In this document: positions 1 to 9,016 of the stretch, one piece after another
Numbering within the stretch: position 1 is the stretch's first letter
How the letters are laid out: each line of letters begins with the position of its first letter
Sequence record: SRR20825019_2178
DNA: 44,441 nucleotides
Reading direction: 5' to 3' (one strand)
Made by a program: the position numbers and the translations under genes
Notes under the pieces: generated by a model
Told to the model about the DNA's origin: nothing
The model's database searches: none
Seen by the model: only the letters and a program-made list of their open reading frames with translations

Positions 1-77
1 GGTTTTGCAGCAATCTAATTTTGGGTCGGCCTGACTTGAAGCCATAAGAGGGCGGGGCGGTTTCCTATTTAATAGGA

Positions 78-108
78 AAAAGCCGCCCAGTTTTCCAAGG
101 CGGCTCTC
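78..108 (-). terminator. Probable intrinsic terminator downstream of ORF 126..305
   Basis: AAAAGCCGCC-loop-GGCGGCT hairpin; reads as hairpin plus U-tract on the minus strand. Confidence 0.5.
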
Positions 109-125
109 GCGATTTTCCTAATAAT

Positions 126-305
126 TCATTCTTCGCCGTTCTTCAGAAGCTCATAAGCTCCGTAAAGGCGCAGTGCCACTTCAGGATGTCCGAGATAGAT
201 GGAAGCGTGCAGCACGGAGTCGATTGCACTCGCTAGCCATTGATCGTCAGGCTGCTTGAGGCGTACCTGGCTATCGTCAATGATCCTTACTGGATTAATC
301 ATCAT
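126..305 (-). CDS. Small hypothetical protein (about 59 aa, MMINPVRIIDDSQ...ELLKNGEE)
   Basis: Translated by hand (below the ORF-track cutoff); AGGA upstream of the ATG; terminator downstream. Confidence 0.45.
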   Translation of the reverse strand: MMINPVRIIDDSQVRLKQPDDQWLASAIDSVLHASIYLGHPEVALRLYGAYELLKNGEE

Positions 306-538
306 GAAGGCTTTCCTGCGTGATGCTGCAGAGATTTGGGTTTTCGGCGAAAACCAAGCGATCCGGAGAATCCGAAGCGAATTCTAAACTCATGGTCTGT
401 TTCAAGCTAACCTCCCTAAAAGGATTTAAAAGCATGCCTCTGACCCGAATTTTGTTTTTAACGTTCTTCTAATTTACTTCAAGAATTATATATTACTTGA
501 AATTGAGATTTTGTCGAATCCTTACTTTTAAGGCAACA

Positions 539-736
539 TTAGTCGTTAGCCGCATTCGGAGGGGCGGGATTATATTTTCGAATCCGAGTTCTTCCCCGTA
601 GCAGCATATCGATTTCGTCACGGGCGTTATCGATCATAAAATAGAGCAGATGCGCTTCTTCCGAGGCTTCCTCCGCAAGCACCTGTGCCTTATTAAGCAA
701 TTGTTCGATTTCCCGATATCGTGTTTCATCATCCAT
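539..736 (-). CDS. Small hypothetical helical protein (65 aa)
   Basis: ATG-started ORF with protein-like acidic amphipathic composition in an AT-rich segment. Confidence 0.55.
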   Translation of the reverse strand: MDDETRYREIEQLLNKAQVLAEEASEEAHLLYFMIDNARDEIDMLLRGRTRIRKYNPAPPNAAND

Positions 737-1358
737 TTTGAATTCCCCGTGCAGCCAAGACTATTTATGACAAGCAGAACGCTTGACGCAATTGGCTTAT
801 TGCGCCGACATTCTACGTTCAGAAATGTTGCTGCGTTGCTGTGCTGAGGGCGGCAGACTATCAGGTCGAGCTTGCACCATCGGATGGCCTCAAGCCGCCT
901 CCGAAAACGATTGACGGGCGCGGTCTGAATCATACATCAAATCCAAGCGGCAGTGGAAGTAAATCGAGGGTGAACGAGGAGTTTACCGTGCCGCGAAACG
1001 ATGGAATCGACTGCGCCACAATTGGCGTTGACCGCAAGTATCACAACTACTTTGCCACATGCTGTCCCTACCGGCGAATAGGCGTTCCAGTGAACTTTGA
1101 TCACGTTGCCCCCGAAAAGCTGGTTACGCGCTTGAGACCTCGGTGTCTTCGATGCGCGGTCGGCGGGGGAGTTGGATCGGTATACCGAAAACCACGTTGC
1201 GCATATATTCCCATTTTTTGATTAGGCATGCCAATCTCAGAAGACGCATTGAACATTAGTCTATCCCGAGATCTATGTAGGTTGCTCGCATTGGTTTTAT
1301 CGGCAATGCTAGGCACGTAGAAAGGTCGATGGGGCCTTTCTGAATTGGTGGGGACCAA

Positions 1359-1700
1359 ATGAAATCTATATTGATCGGCACTGCAGTGGTCGCGGTGCTT
1401 TTGACTGGTTGTGCGCGTAGGCCAGACTCTATCAGCGCAACAAGCATCCCAATGGAAGCATATACGGGCGATAGCTGCAGTTCGCTAAATCAGCAGCTTG
1501 CCAACGAGAAAGAGAATTTGTCGACGCTCTCCAAGCAGCAACACGATGCCGCGAATGGAGATGCATTCGGTGTATTTCTCATCGGCGTTCCCATCGGGAG
1601 CCTAGCTGGCGCTGACAAGGAGGGCGAGATCGCGACGTCCAAAGGCAAAATCAATGCGATGGAAGCCGCGATGCACAAGAAAAAGTGCGCTGGCTTTTGA
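1359..1700 (+). CDS. Lipoprotein moron (113 aa), possible superinfection-exclusion factor
   Basis: Signal peptide ending in lipobox LTGC; later glycine-rich hydrophobic segment; own terminator; opposite strand to the phage late genes. Confidence 0.8.
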   Translation: MKSILIGTAVVAVLLTGCARRPDSISATSIPMEAYTGDSCSSLNQQLANEKENLSTLSKQQHDAANGDAFGVFLIGVPIGSLAGADKEGEIATSKGKINAMEAAMHKKKCAGF

Positions 1701-1706
1701 TCACCT

Positions 1707-1740
1707 AAAAGGCCTGCCTCTCAGTGAGGCGGGCCTTCTT
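1707..1740. terminator. Bidirectional intrinsic terminator
   Basis: AAAAGGCCTGCCTC-loop-GAGGCGGGCCTTCTT between convergent genes. Confidence 0.75.
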
Positions 1741-1743
1741 GTT

Positions 1744-1962
1744 TCAATCGAGCAGCGCGACCCGATGAATGGCGCGGGCGGCGGCCAGTAGGGAAGCCAG
1801 TCGCTCGATAGTGGCGTCGACCGGGGCGAGCGCGCCGATGGCGCTGTTGCGGCGGCCCTGGCCGATGTCTTCGGCGGCGAGGTCGACCTGGTTCATGATG
1901 TCCTCGGCGTCGCGCTGCATGGCCTTGATTATCTGGGTGATGGCGATTTTGTTGTCACTCAT
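1744..1962 (-). CDS. Hypothetical protein (72 aa)
   Basis: Strong SD AAGGAG before the ATG at 1962; GC-rich codon usage; ends at the terminator. Confidence 0.75.
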   Translation of the reverse strand: MSDNKIAITQIIKAMQRDAEDIMNQVDLAAEDIGQGRRNSAIGALAPVDATIERLASLLAAARAIHRVALLD

Positions 1963-2115
1963 GTCGGTCTCCTTTGTTGATGACCGGACCATCGCTCTCG
2001 TGGCGGCCGAAGACGAGCAATGGCAGTGCTTCCGTCGGGCGGACGTGAATCAGTTTTGCTCCCGCTGGCCTTATTCGGCCGCCGCGCGCAAAGACTTCGC
2101 TGGAGTGAGGATCTC

Positions 2116-2331
2116 CTAGTGCGATCGCTTTATTGCGCGGCAAACAACAGATCGGAGGCGGGGCGCAAGACGCGAGACCTCCGGCGGCAGAAGATAGCCG
2201 AATATGAAGCCGAGGCCTCCACAGATGTACATCCCGTTGAAGGCACCAAACGCCCCTGCGATGCCTATTCCAGTGCCCAGAAATCCGCCCATCACCAAAC
2301 CGAATATCCCCCAGAGAATCTGTTTCCGCAT
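2116..2331 (-). CDS. Small glycine-rich membrane protein (71 aa)
   Basis: Two Gly-rich hydrophobic segments with GxxxG motifs; GAGG SD; basic tail. Confidence 0.6.
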   Translation of the reverse strand: MRKQILWGIFGLVMGGFLGTGIGIAGAFGAFNGMYICGGLGFIFGYLLPPEVSRLAPRLRSVVCRAIKRSH

Positions 2332-2419
2332 GTGCTATGCCCCGCCTCATCCTAGCCTCGAATTAGGTTCCTCTAAAACAATGGTGATGGTCAACTGCCA
2401 AGAGGAAAGACGCTGTCAG

Positions 2420-3247
2420 TCAATCGCATTCAGTGTCGGCGGACGACGTATCAACTGGCGTGATAATGACCTCCTTCACGCCCTTCCCATTGCCGTCGCC
2501 GATCGAATAGGTGCAGTCGACCTCCTCGATGTCGAAGCGTGAGAAGGTTTCGAAGACGCCTTGAACGGCGTTCAAGGACAGGATGAAGGTGCCTTGAAGG
2601 TCGCTTAAAGCCTCCGTCATCGCCTCGAAGTCCTCCCGGCCGAAGACGCCCGCGCCATAGTCAGCCTCGTTTCCCCAATAGGGCGGATCGAGATAGAACA
2701 GCATGCCCGGCCGGTCGTAGCGGCGGATGAAGTCCTGCCAGGGCAAGCATTCGATGACGACACCGGAAAGGCGCTCGTGGATGTCCTCCAGCGTCGAGGC
2801 GAGCTTGACCAGGTTGAAGCGCGCGCCGGTGGTCTTGCTGACGCCGAAATTCCGGCCGGCGACCTTGCCGCCGAAGGCGAGGCGCTGGAGGTAGAGGAAG
2901 CGGGCGGCGCGCTCGAGATCGGTCAGCGTCGTCGGGTCCGTCTTCATCAGCCGCTCGAACTCCCGCCTTCCGGAGATCTGGAAGCGCAGCGTATCCATGA
3001 ACTGCGGAAAGTGCCGCTGCAGGATGCGGAAGAAGTTGGCGACATCGCCGCTGATATCGTTGATCACCTCCGTCCTCGGCTGGCGATCGCGGCGCAGGAA
3101 CACGCCGCCCATGCCGACGAAGGGCTCGGCATAGCCGTCATGCGGGATCGCATTGATCCTGGCGATGACGGTCTTCGACAGGATGCGCTTGCCGCCGATA
3201 TAGCCGGCGGCGGGAACGGTCGGAGCGACCGGGCGCTGATTTACCAT
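2420..3247 (-). CDS. D12-class N6-adenine DNA methyltransferase (Dam-like)
   Basis: Motifs YIGGK, EPFVGMGGVF and LDPPY; sits in the position of mom at the distal end of Mu-like genomes; ATG at 3247 chosen as start. Confidence 0.93.
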   Translation of the reverse strand: MVNQRPVAPTVPAAGYIGGKRILSKTVIARINAIPHDGYAEPFVGMGGVFLRRDRQPRTEVINDISGDVANFFRILQRHFPQFMDTLRFQISGRREFERLMKTDPTTLTDLERAARFLYLQRLAFGGKVAGRNFGVSKTTGARFNLVKLASTLEDIHERLSGVVIECLPWQDFIRRYDRPGMLFYLDPPYWGNEADYGAGVFGREDFEAMTEALSDLQGTFILSLNAVQGVFETFSRFDIEEVDCTYSIGDGNGKGVKEVIITPVDTSSADTECD

Positions 3248-3275
3248 TTCAAATATCTCACGACTCAGCCACAAC

Positions 3276-3390
3276 GCGCAGGCCCTTCGGGGTGCGGGTG
3301 CGGCGGTTATCGTAAAGTGCTGCCCGGCGGGTCATGACGCCAATCTAGACCCCGCCGCGCCATGGCCGTGAGGCCATGGCCACCTGCCTG
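3276..3390 (+). ncRNA. Putative multibranch structured RNA antisense to the methyltransferase leader
   Basis: C(UUCG)G and GUGA tetraloop hairpins on the + strand; GCGGGTG pairs with CACCTGC; TTCAAA-N16-CACAAC promoter-like element upstream. Confidence 0.5.
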
Positions 3391-3897
3391 CTATGCTTGC
3401 GAAGGCCACGCCGCCGTCAGATCGGCAAAGGCGTGATCGATCGCGGCCGTATCGGCAACGGAGCCATCCGCGATCGCGGCAAGCACCGCCGCTCGGCGAT
3501 CGAAGGTCGATTGCACGAATTCGCCGACGGCCGTCGCCAGCGCGATCGCTTCTTCGGCATCAAGCGTGACGACCCCGTCGCCGGCGTCGAAGCTGAAGGT
3601 CCTGTCGGCATCGCGCGCCGCCAGCGCCGCCATGCCGTTGATCAGCGCGATCGCGCCGTCGTCGCACCTGACCCGGACGCCATTGATATCCGTGCCGGCG
3701 ACGCGGATGCGCCATGACAGGTCGCGGGCATAGGCGGCAAGCTCGTCTTTAGTCGGCTCGGCCGGCACGGTCGGGACGGCCGTCCCGCTGTCCTCGTATT
3801 TCATCGGCGGTTCGACGCCGTAGGCCTGATAGTGGCGCGGAAAGCCCTTCGTGCCGAGACGCGCGCAATCGACCACCATTTTTGCCGGATCGCTCAT
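3391..3897 (-). CDS. DUF4376-like tail fibre-associated protein
   Basis: Motif INGVRVRCD...VVTLDAEEAIALATAVGEFVQSTF; directly downstream of the fibre gene. Confidence 0.75.
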   Translation of the reverse strand: MSDPAKMVVDCARLGTKGFPRHYQAYGVEPPMKYEDSGTAVPTVPAEPTKDELAAYARDLSWRIRVAGTDINGVRVRCDDGAIALINGMAALAARDADRTFSFDAGDGVVTLDAEEAIALATAVGEFVQSTFDRRAAVLAAIADGSVADTAAIDHAFADLTAAWPSQA

Positions 3898-5102
3898 GTC
3901 AGTTCCTCCTTGTCCGCTTCGGGGATCAACAGGCCCGTTTCGGGGTCAGCGTTCCCGAGCGTCTTGACCACCGGGTCGTTGCGATCGGCAACCACACGCC
4001 ACGCAACGAGGTCGACGCACGTCTCGTCATCGGCGATGATCTCGAACTGCCCTCCGGCAACGGGTCCGGGCCTTAGCCGCGCGAAACCCTGCTGGTTCTG
4101 CAGCGACGTGACGATGGTGTTCTGCGCCAGCGCCGCCCAGGTGCCTGTTGTCAGATTGCTGGCGGCGTCGATGTCGATCGTGACCCGTCCGCCCTCAAGA
4201 CGCGCAACGCCCCAGGCCTCGACGCCGTAATGCGGGCTTTCCGTCGAGGCGAAGATAAGGTCGCGATTGAAGGGATCGATCGGATGGTCGATCAGGAAGT
4301 TCTTGGAAGCCCCGTTGATCGATCCAGGCACATGGAGCGATCCATCAGAACGGAATTCAAGAGCCCTACCGTCGCCGCCAAAGTACAAATCCCAGAAGAT
4401 CGAATAGTAATTACCCTGCCATTCTCGCGCGCGCCAGACGGTCTGGACAGTGCCTGATGTATCCGATCTCAAACCTATCGATCTTGTATAAGCATAGCCC
4501 GGCTGGCTGGTATCGTAGCCAGTCGCAATAAGAGATTCTGTGATCGCCGGGCTACTCTCGTTAACTGGCGTGTAGCCAAGGATGGACTGCGCGCCGATTG
4601 TCGCCCTGGCCGCACCGGCGTCGGCATCGTCCAGCAGGGTTTTCGCGAACGTCGAGACGCCCAGCGTCGTCAACGCGGTGCTCGCGTTAGCGTCATCGAG
4701 CAGCGACCGCGCGAAGCTCGTCAGCGTGGTCAAAGCTGCAGTGCTCGCCCCGCTGAAATAGGCTAGCTTGTCAGCCTCCGGCGTCAATCCGGCCAAAGCT
4801 GAGAGCGCATCATTGTCGAGCCGCTGGATATAGTCCGCCAGCGCCACCGCATTGGCGATCACCTGGTTGGCGCCATCCTGCCGTGCCAGCGCATAGGCAT
4901 AGGTGCCGGAAGCGCCGACCCACTCCGTCGCCGCCGTGATCGCCGTGTCGCTGTCAACGCTCGCGATCGGCAGTGGGTTGCCCGCCGCCTGCGGATAGAT
5001 CACCCCGCCGGCGATCAGGGCCGTGGCCCAGCCAGTGCCGGTTCCGGCAACAGCCGCCGAACCGTTGGTGAGCGTGATCGTGCCTGTCGTGTAAGCGGTC
5101 AT
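3894..5102 (-). CDS. Tail fibre protein
   Basis: N-terminal GTITLTNGS anchor; FAR(K)S(T)LLDDA repeats; C-terminal SKNFLIDHP...STESP chaperone-like domain. Confidence 0.85.
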   Translation of the reverse strand: MTAYTTGTITLTNGSAAVAGTGTGWATALIAGGVIYPQAAGNPLPIASVDSDTAITAATEWVGASGTYAYALARQDGANQVIANAVALADYIQRLDNDALSALAGLTPEADKLAYFSGASTAALTTLTSFARSLLDDANASTALTTLGVSTFAKTLLDDADAGAARATIGAQSILGYTPVNESSPAITESLIATGYDTSQPGYAYTRSIGLRSDTSGTVQTVWRAREWQGNYYSIFWDLYFGGDGRALEFRSDGSLHVPGSINGASKNFLIDHPIDPFNRDLIFASTESPHYGVEAWGVARLEGGRVTIDIDAASNLTTGTWAALAQNTIVTSLQNQQGFARLRPGPVAGGQFEIIADDETCVDLVAWRVVADRNDPVVKTLGNADPETGLLIPEADKEELT

Positions 5103-5479
5103 CAAATTACCTCGTCGAAAATGAATGCTGTGATCGTCAAGGACCGGCCGACCATGTTGTAGAATTTGATCCGGTCGTAGTAGGGCTCGAAGCGCGCGTA
5201 GAAGGTCTTCTCGCCGGGAATGCTGTTGTCAGATGCCTTGAGCACGATGAACGGCGGAAGCGCGTAGTCTTTCGCCGTGTTGACGGTCACCGTGGAGGGC
5301 GGACTGCCCGAAGAGCGGGCGGGCACCGTCGCGGCCACCGTCTCTTTCGGCGTCAGCGGCAGCATGCCTTCCTTGATCGTCAGGTTCTGATCGGCCGCCG
5401 TCAGCGCATCGTGGCCCGGCATTGAAACGCGAAAGCGAAACGCGCCGCCGTCATTGCCGATAAAGACCCGTCGCGTCAT
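5102..5479 (-). CDS. Small tail-tip accessory protein (125 aa)
   Basis: ATG overlaps the upstream stop; VSMPGHDA motif shared with neighbours. Confidence 0.75.
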   Translation of the reverse strand: MTRRVFIGNDGGAFRFRVSMPGHDALTAADQNLTIKEGMLPLTPKETVAATVPARSSGSPPSTVTVNTAKDYALPPFIVLKASDNSIPGEKTFYARFEPYYDRIKFYNMVGRSLTITAFIFDEVI

Positions 5480-5946
5480 GTCGCCCTCTTCAGGATGATG
5501 TAATAGAAATCGAAATCCGCGTTGCGCGGGCCGGTGTCGGCGTAGGCCTTGGCCCTGATCGTCGCGTTGTTCTCCAGCCAGACGCCGAAGGAGAAATCCA
5601 CCTCGCCCAGGGTCGTATCGCGATTGGCGCAATTGCTTGTCGGGTAATAGTTGGAGTCCACGGGAACAGCGTTGGCATTGTGCGGATTGGCATAGGTCAT
5701 CGACCCGTAGAACAGCGGGGCATATCCGAGGTCGGGAAAGTTGACCGTCGCCCACCACGTCGAGTAGCCGTCGCCGGTGGTCCGTCCCATGCGAATGCGG
5801 CCCTCGGCATGCACGGCGACATTCTGATAACGGGAATCCAGCAGCAGGGCCCCCGTCGGATTAAAGACGTCGTCGCCGGGCCGGCTCAGGAATGCGCCGG
5901 AAACGCCGAAGGTCGGATGTCTGCCGATGATGATGCGTCTTGCCAT
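5476..5946 (-). CDS. Small tail-tip accessory protein (156 aa)
   Basis: LSRPGDDV...LLLDSR motif; tail operon position. Confidence 0.75.
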   Translation of the reverse strand: MARRIIIGRHPTFGVSGAFLSRPGDDVFNPTGALLLDSRYQNVAVHAEGRIRMGRTTGDGYSTWWATVNFPDLGYAPLFYGSMTYANPHNANAVPVDSNYYPTSNCANRDTTLGEVDFSFGVWLENNATIRAKAYADTGPRNADFDFYYIILKRAT

Positions 5947-5948
5947 CG

Positions 5949-6386
5949 TCAGACCCCGAAAACGCGATAGTGGATCAGGCCGGGATATCTGCGATACCAG
6001 CCGGAGATTGGCGGCCTGGCAAGCTCGATCCGGTCCGGATAGACCCTGGAACCGTCTTCCACGGCGCTGGTCTCTATCCGCAGTTCTCCAAATCCAGCGC
6101 CATCATAAGGCGTGCTCGCGCCCTGGTTCTCGAATGTGACATAGGCGGCGGGCACATAGCCGGGCGGCGGAAAGGGAATGACCAGCGGCGATGATGTCGA
6201 CGTCAGGCCATCGTTTCCGCCGACCGGCGCCGGGTCCGTAATCGTCCCGGCCGCGATCAGAACCCCTGAAAAATTCCAGTTGGAATCGAACAGCTTGTGT
6301 CTGTCAGAAATCCCGCCGTCATGGGCATCGTATCCCGGCTTCGTCAGCAGGATGCGGCCCGCCGTCATCAGAAATCGCGTTGCCAT
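5949..6386 (-). CDS. Small tail-tip accessory protein (145 aa)
   Basis: LTKPGYDA...LFDSN motif; coupled to the J-like gene. Confidence 0.75.
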   Translation of the reverse strand: MATRFLMTAGRILLTKPGYDAHDGGISDRHKLFDSNWNFSGVLIAAGTITDPAPVGGNDGLTSTSSPLVIPFPPPGYVPAAYVTFENQGASTPYDGAGFGELRIETSAVEDGSRVYPDRIELARPPISGWYRRYPGLIHYRVFGV

Positions 6387-9016
6387 CAGTCGCTCACCGA
6401 GAGGTAATCATTGTCGAGATCGAGCCTCGTCTTGCCGCTGGAGCCCAGCAGGAGACCTGCAACGATCGTGCCGATATGGCTGGCGTTGAGCTTCAGGACG
6501 CCGCCCTCGAACAGGAAGGGACGCTGGCCATTGTTGAGCACCACGAACTGATCGGCATTGACGGCAAAGCGTGACCGCTGCGCGCCGCCCTCGGTGTAGA
6601 TTTCGAGGTAAAGGCCGCTTTCATGATAGCCACCGCCCGTGCCCGCCCTCAGGAGGACGGAGAAGCGGGCATTGACGCCGCTCTGGTTGGCGGTGGCGGC
6701 GAATTTCACCTGGCCGGCCGCGAAGTTTTCATTCAGCAACGCCGTCACCGACGATGTCTGCTGCGCGATCGCCTCGTCGGCGGTGACGCGCGCCTGGCGC
6801 TCCTCGACAATCGATGCCGAGACATCAACGATCTCGGCGCCGACCAGTTCGAGCGTCTGGGCAAGCGCTTCATCCTCGCTTGCGCGCACCAGCTTTTCCT
6901 CGATGATCTGCGCCAGCGCCTCGCCGCTTTGCTGGCGCAAGACCTGACGGTCGAGAAGGCCGACGGACCCTTGCAACGAAAGCGCCATAGCAAGTTCGGA
7001 CGAGCGCCTGATCGAGCGGTCGAGATCGGCCTGAAGCTCCTCGAAGCGTTTGCGGACGTCCTCGCCGACAGTATCCAGTCTGACAGACAGGTCTTCGGCG
7101 ACATTTGGCGTTTCAACTTCAAGCCAGTCGGACCATGCCTGGTTGCGCACCATCTCGGAGATGAAGCGACCGCGCGCCTCGACCCATGTTCTGGACGGCA
7201 GCGGGCCGATCAGCCAGGCATAGGGTTCCTCGTATGCCGTGGTATGACCGGAAAACAGCACCTGGCCGGTATCGCGGACCCGGACCTGCACCACCACGGC
7301 CGTCACGCCATCGATGCCGGCGCCGCAGGAGACCTTGATCGCGGCCAACCGGCCGATGCCGTTGCCGTCGGCCATAGAGGCCGGCTCCACGGTCCAGCCC
7401 TTCATGATCTGCACCGGCGGCGTTCCCCGGCCGAGCAGGCCGGTGGTCGGCGGAATGACGATCGCCGGCGGATCGTAGTCGGCGGGATCGATCTCCTTGA
7501 TCGTCACCTGGCTGAGCGAGCCCGGCAACCGCGTCAGCGTGGTGATCTGGAAGGCCTTGTCCTGGTAATTGTTGCGCGCGCTCGTCCAGGCGATCACGTC
7601 GCCGGCTTCCAAGAGCCGCGAGGGCGGCGGCAGAACGAGCGTGTGAACCCGCATCCGCCGCCCGTCCTCGATCATGGTCTTTTGCAGATGCTGGACCTGT
7701 TCCGACCATGGCACGGCGGTGAAGCTCACCGATTGCGCCAGGCTGCGGCCATCGGCGGCAACCGCCGCGTCCTGGGCATATTCCGGCGCATCCTTGCGCG
7801 CCCATTTGTCGCCCGGCTCGGGATAGGAGGCGGAGATCGTGTTGTGGGTATCGGACAGCGACGGCCAGGGATCGAGTTGCTGCGGCTTGGTGATGATGAC
7901 ATCGGCGTCGGTGAAGGCATAGACGGCCGCGCCCGGTCCGCCGACCGAAAGTTTGAGCACGCCGCCGCCCTCGACGAATACGCCATTGCAGGCAAGTCGG
8001 AACTGCTCCAGCACGTCGAGCGGCTCGGCGCTGACATCGATCTCGATGCCGGCGCGGTATTGCGGCGTCCCGAACACGGACATGTCGCATTCATTGGCGG
8101 CGGCCATCCAGTCGGAAGGCGGAAGCCGAAGCGCCTCGACGTTCTGCCCGCCATAAAGCCAGTCGCCGGCATGCCGCATGCCGCGCGCGATATTGTAGGA
8201 AATCACCGCCGGGTTCCATGTCGGCTGCCAGGTGGCGGGATTGTCGAAACGCTGCGGGCCGGAACCGCCGACGGTATCGTCGAAGCGCAGGTCGTAGAAC
8301 GGCAACGGCGGTGGCTCGACGAGCACGGCCGGATTACCGGAAAAGAGATCGTCATTCTTGCGGAACGTCACGATGACGGCCTGCTTGCCCCGGCCGATCA
8401 TGGAGTGGCGATAAGGTTTCTCGGCGTTGGCGAACTTTGCGAGCAGAAAGGCGTCGGCCTCCGTCTGGGCGCCGTCGAGATAACGCACCCAGGCGTGATC
8501 CTTGCCGTCCTGGCGGAACTCTGAAATCGGATAGCCGCGACCGTCGCCGTGAGGCTCGCCGTAGAGGATCGTGCACTTGTCGCTGTCGATCCAGAGATGC
8601 TCGAGAGCCTGGCCGCCGGCGAAGGAGGGCAGCGATCCGATCTCCAGCACCTTGGTCAGATAGGCGTTCGGGGTTTCGCCGTCATAGCCCCATGTGCCCC
8701 AATATTTGAGCTTGCCGGCCGTAGCATAGCGTCCGGCCACGACCGACAGCGGCTTGTCGTCGCCGGTCTCCATGGAAAGCTTGACGCCAAAACTTTGCTG
8801 TTCCGCCTTCTTCTTTCCCGCAAAAGCGCGAGAGATCAGATTGGTGACCGCGCCGAACGCGACATTGACGATCAGGCCGCCAACCCAACTCGACGCCGCA
8901 AAAGCGCCGACCGCCTGAAATATCCCGACGACTGCGCCGACCAACGGGCCGGCATGCGCCTGCCCAGCCCCGAGCGTCAGAAAAGCCAGCAGTGTGAAAA
9001 GGGTTCTAACGCGCAT
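6386..9016 (-). CDS. Tail tip / host-specificity protein (lambda J-like, DUF1983-like C-terminus)
   Basis: 876 aa; FN3-like segment; coiled-coil ARVTADEAIA repeats; SRFAVNADQFVV C-terminal motif. Confidence 0.85.
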   Translation of the reverse strand: MRVRTLFTLLAFLTLGAGQAHAGPLVGAVVGIFQAVGAFAASSWVGGLIVNVAFGAVTNLISRAFAGKKKAEQQSFGVKLSMETGDDKPLSVVAGRYATAGKLKYWGTWGYDGETPNAYLTKVLEIGSLPSFAGGQALEHLWIDSDKCTILYGEPHGDGRGYPISEFRQDGKDHAWVRYLDGAQTEADAFLLAKFANAEKPYRHSMIGRGKQAVIVTFRKNDDLFSGNPAVLVEPPPLPFYDLRFDDTVGGSGPQRFDNPATWQPTWNPAVISYNIARGMRHAGDWLYGGQNVEALRLPPSDWMAAANECDMSVFGTPQYRAGIEIDVSAEPLDVLEQFRLACNGVFVEGGGVLKLSVGGPGAAVYAFTDADVIITKPQQLDPWPSLSDTHNTISASYPEPGDKWARKDAPEYAQDAAVAADGRSLAQSVSFTAVPWSEQVQHLQKTMIEDGRRMRVHTLVLPPPSRLLEAGDVIAWTSARNNYQDKAFQITTLTRLPGSLSQVTIKEIDPADYDPPAIVIPPTTGLLGRGTPPVQIMKGWTVEPASMADGNGIGRLAAIKVSCGAGIDGVTAVVVQVRVRDTGQVLFSGHTTAYEEPYAWLIGPLPSRTWVEARGRFISEMVRNQAWSDWLEVETPNVAEDLSVRLDTVGEDVRKRFEELQADLDRSIRRSSELAMALSLQGSVGLLDRQVLRQQSGEALAQIIEEKLVRASEDEALAQTLELVGAEIVDVSASIVEERQARVTADEAIAQQTSSVTALLNENFAAGQVKFAATANQSGVNARFSVLLRAGTGGGYHESGLYLEIYTEGGAQRSRFAVNADQFVVLNNGQRPFLFEGGVLKLNASHIGTIVAGLLLGSSGKTRLDLDNDYLSVSD

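Noticed and set aside
1-21. Repeat shared with 43839-43859 read as attL/attR or a target-site duplication
   Set aside because: No integrase is present and it is too long for a Mu-type duplication; better explained as a transposase-binding site
539-556. AAND C-terminus resembling the start of the alphaproteobacterial tmRNA tag (ANDN also occurs in the tape measure)
   Set aside because: Too short, and no tmRNA structure nearby
841-1358. ORFs 841..1221 and 1101..1358
   Set aside because: No SD, motif or protein-like composition; left unassigned
2414-2419. TGTCAG as the phage terminus after the methylase
   Set aside because: Only a 6-bp match, with no binding-site motif and no target duplication
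3894-5102. Invertible G-segment or diversity-generating retroelement
   Set aside because: No invertase, inverted repeats, reverse transcriptase or template repeat seen
6623-8524. 633-aa + strand ORF
   Set aside because: Antisense shadow of the GC-rich J-like gene; Arg/Gly-rich with no motifs
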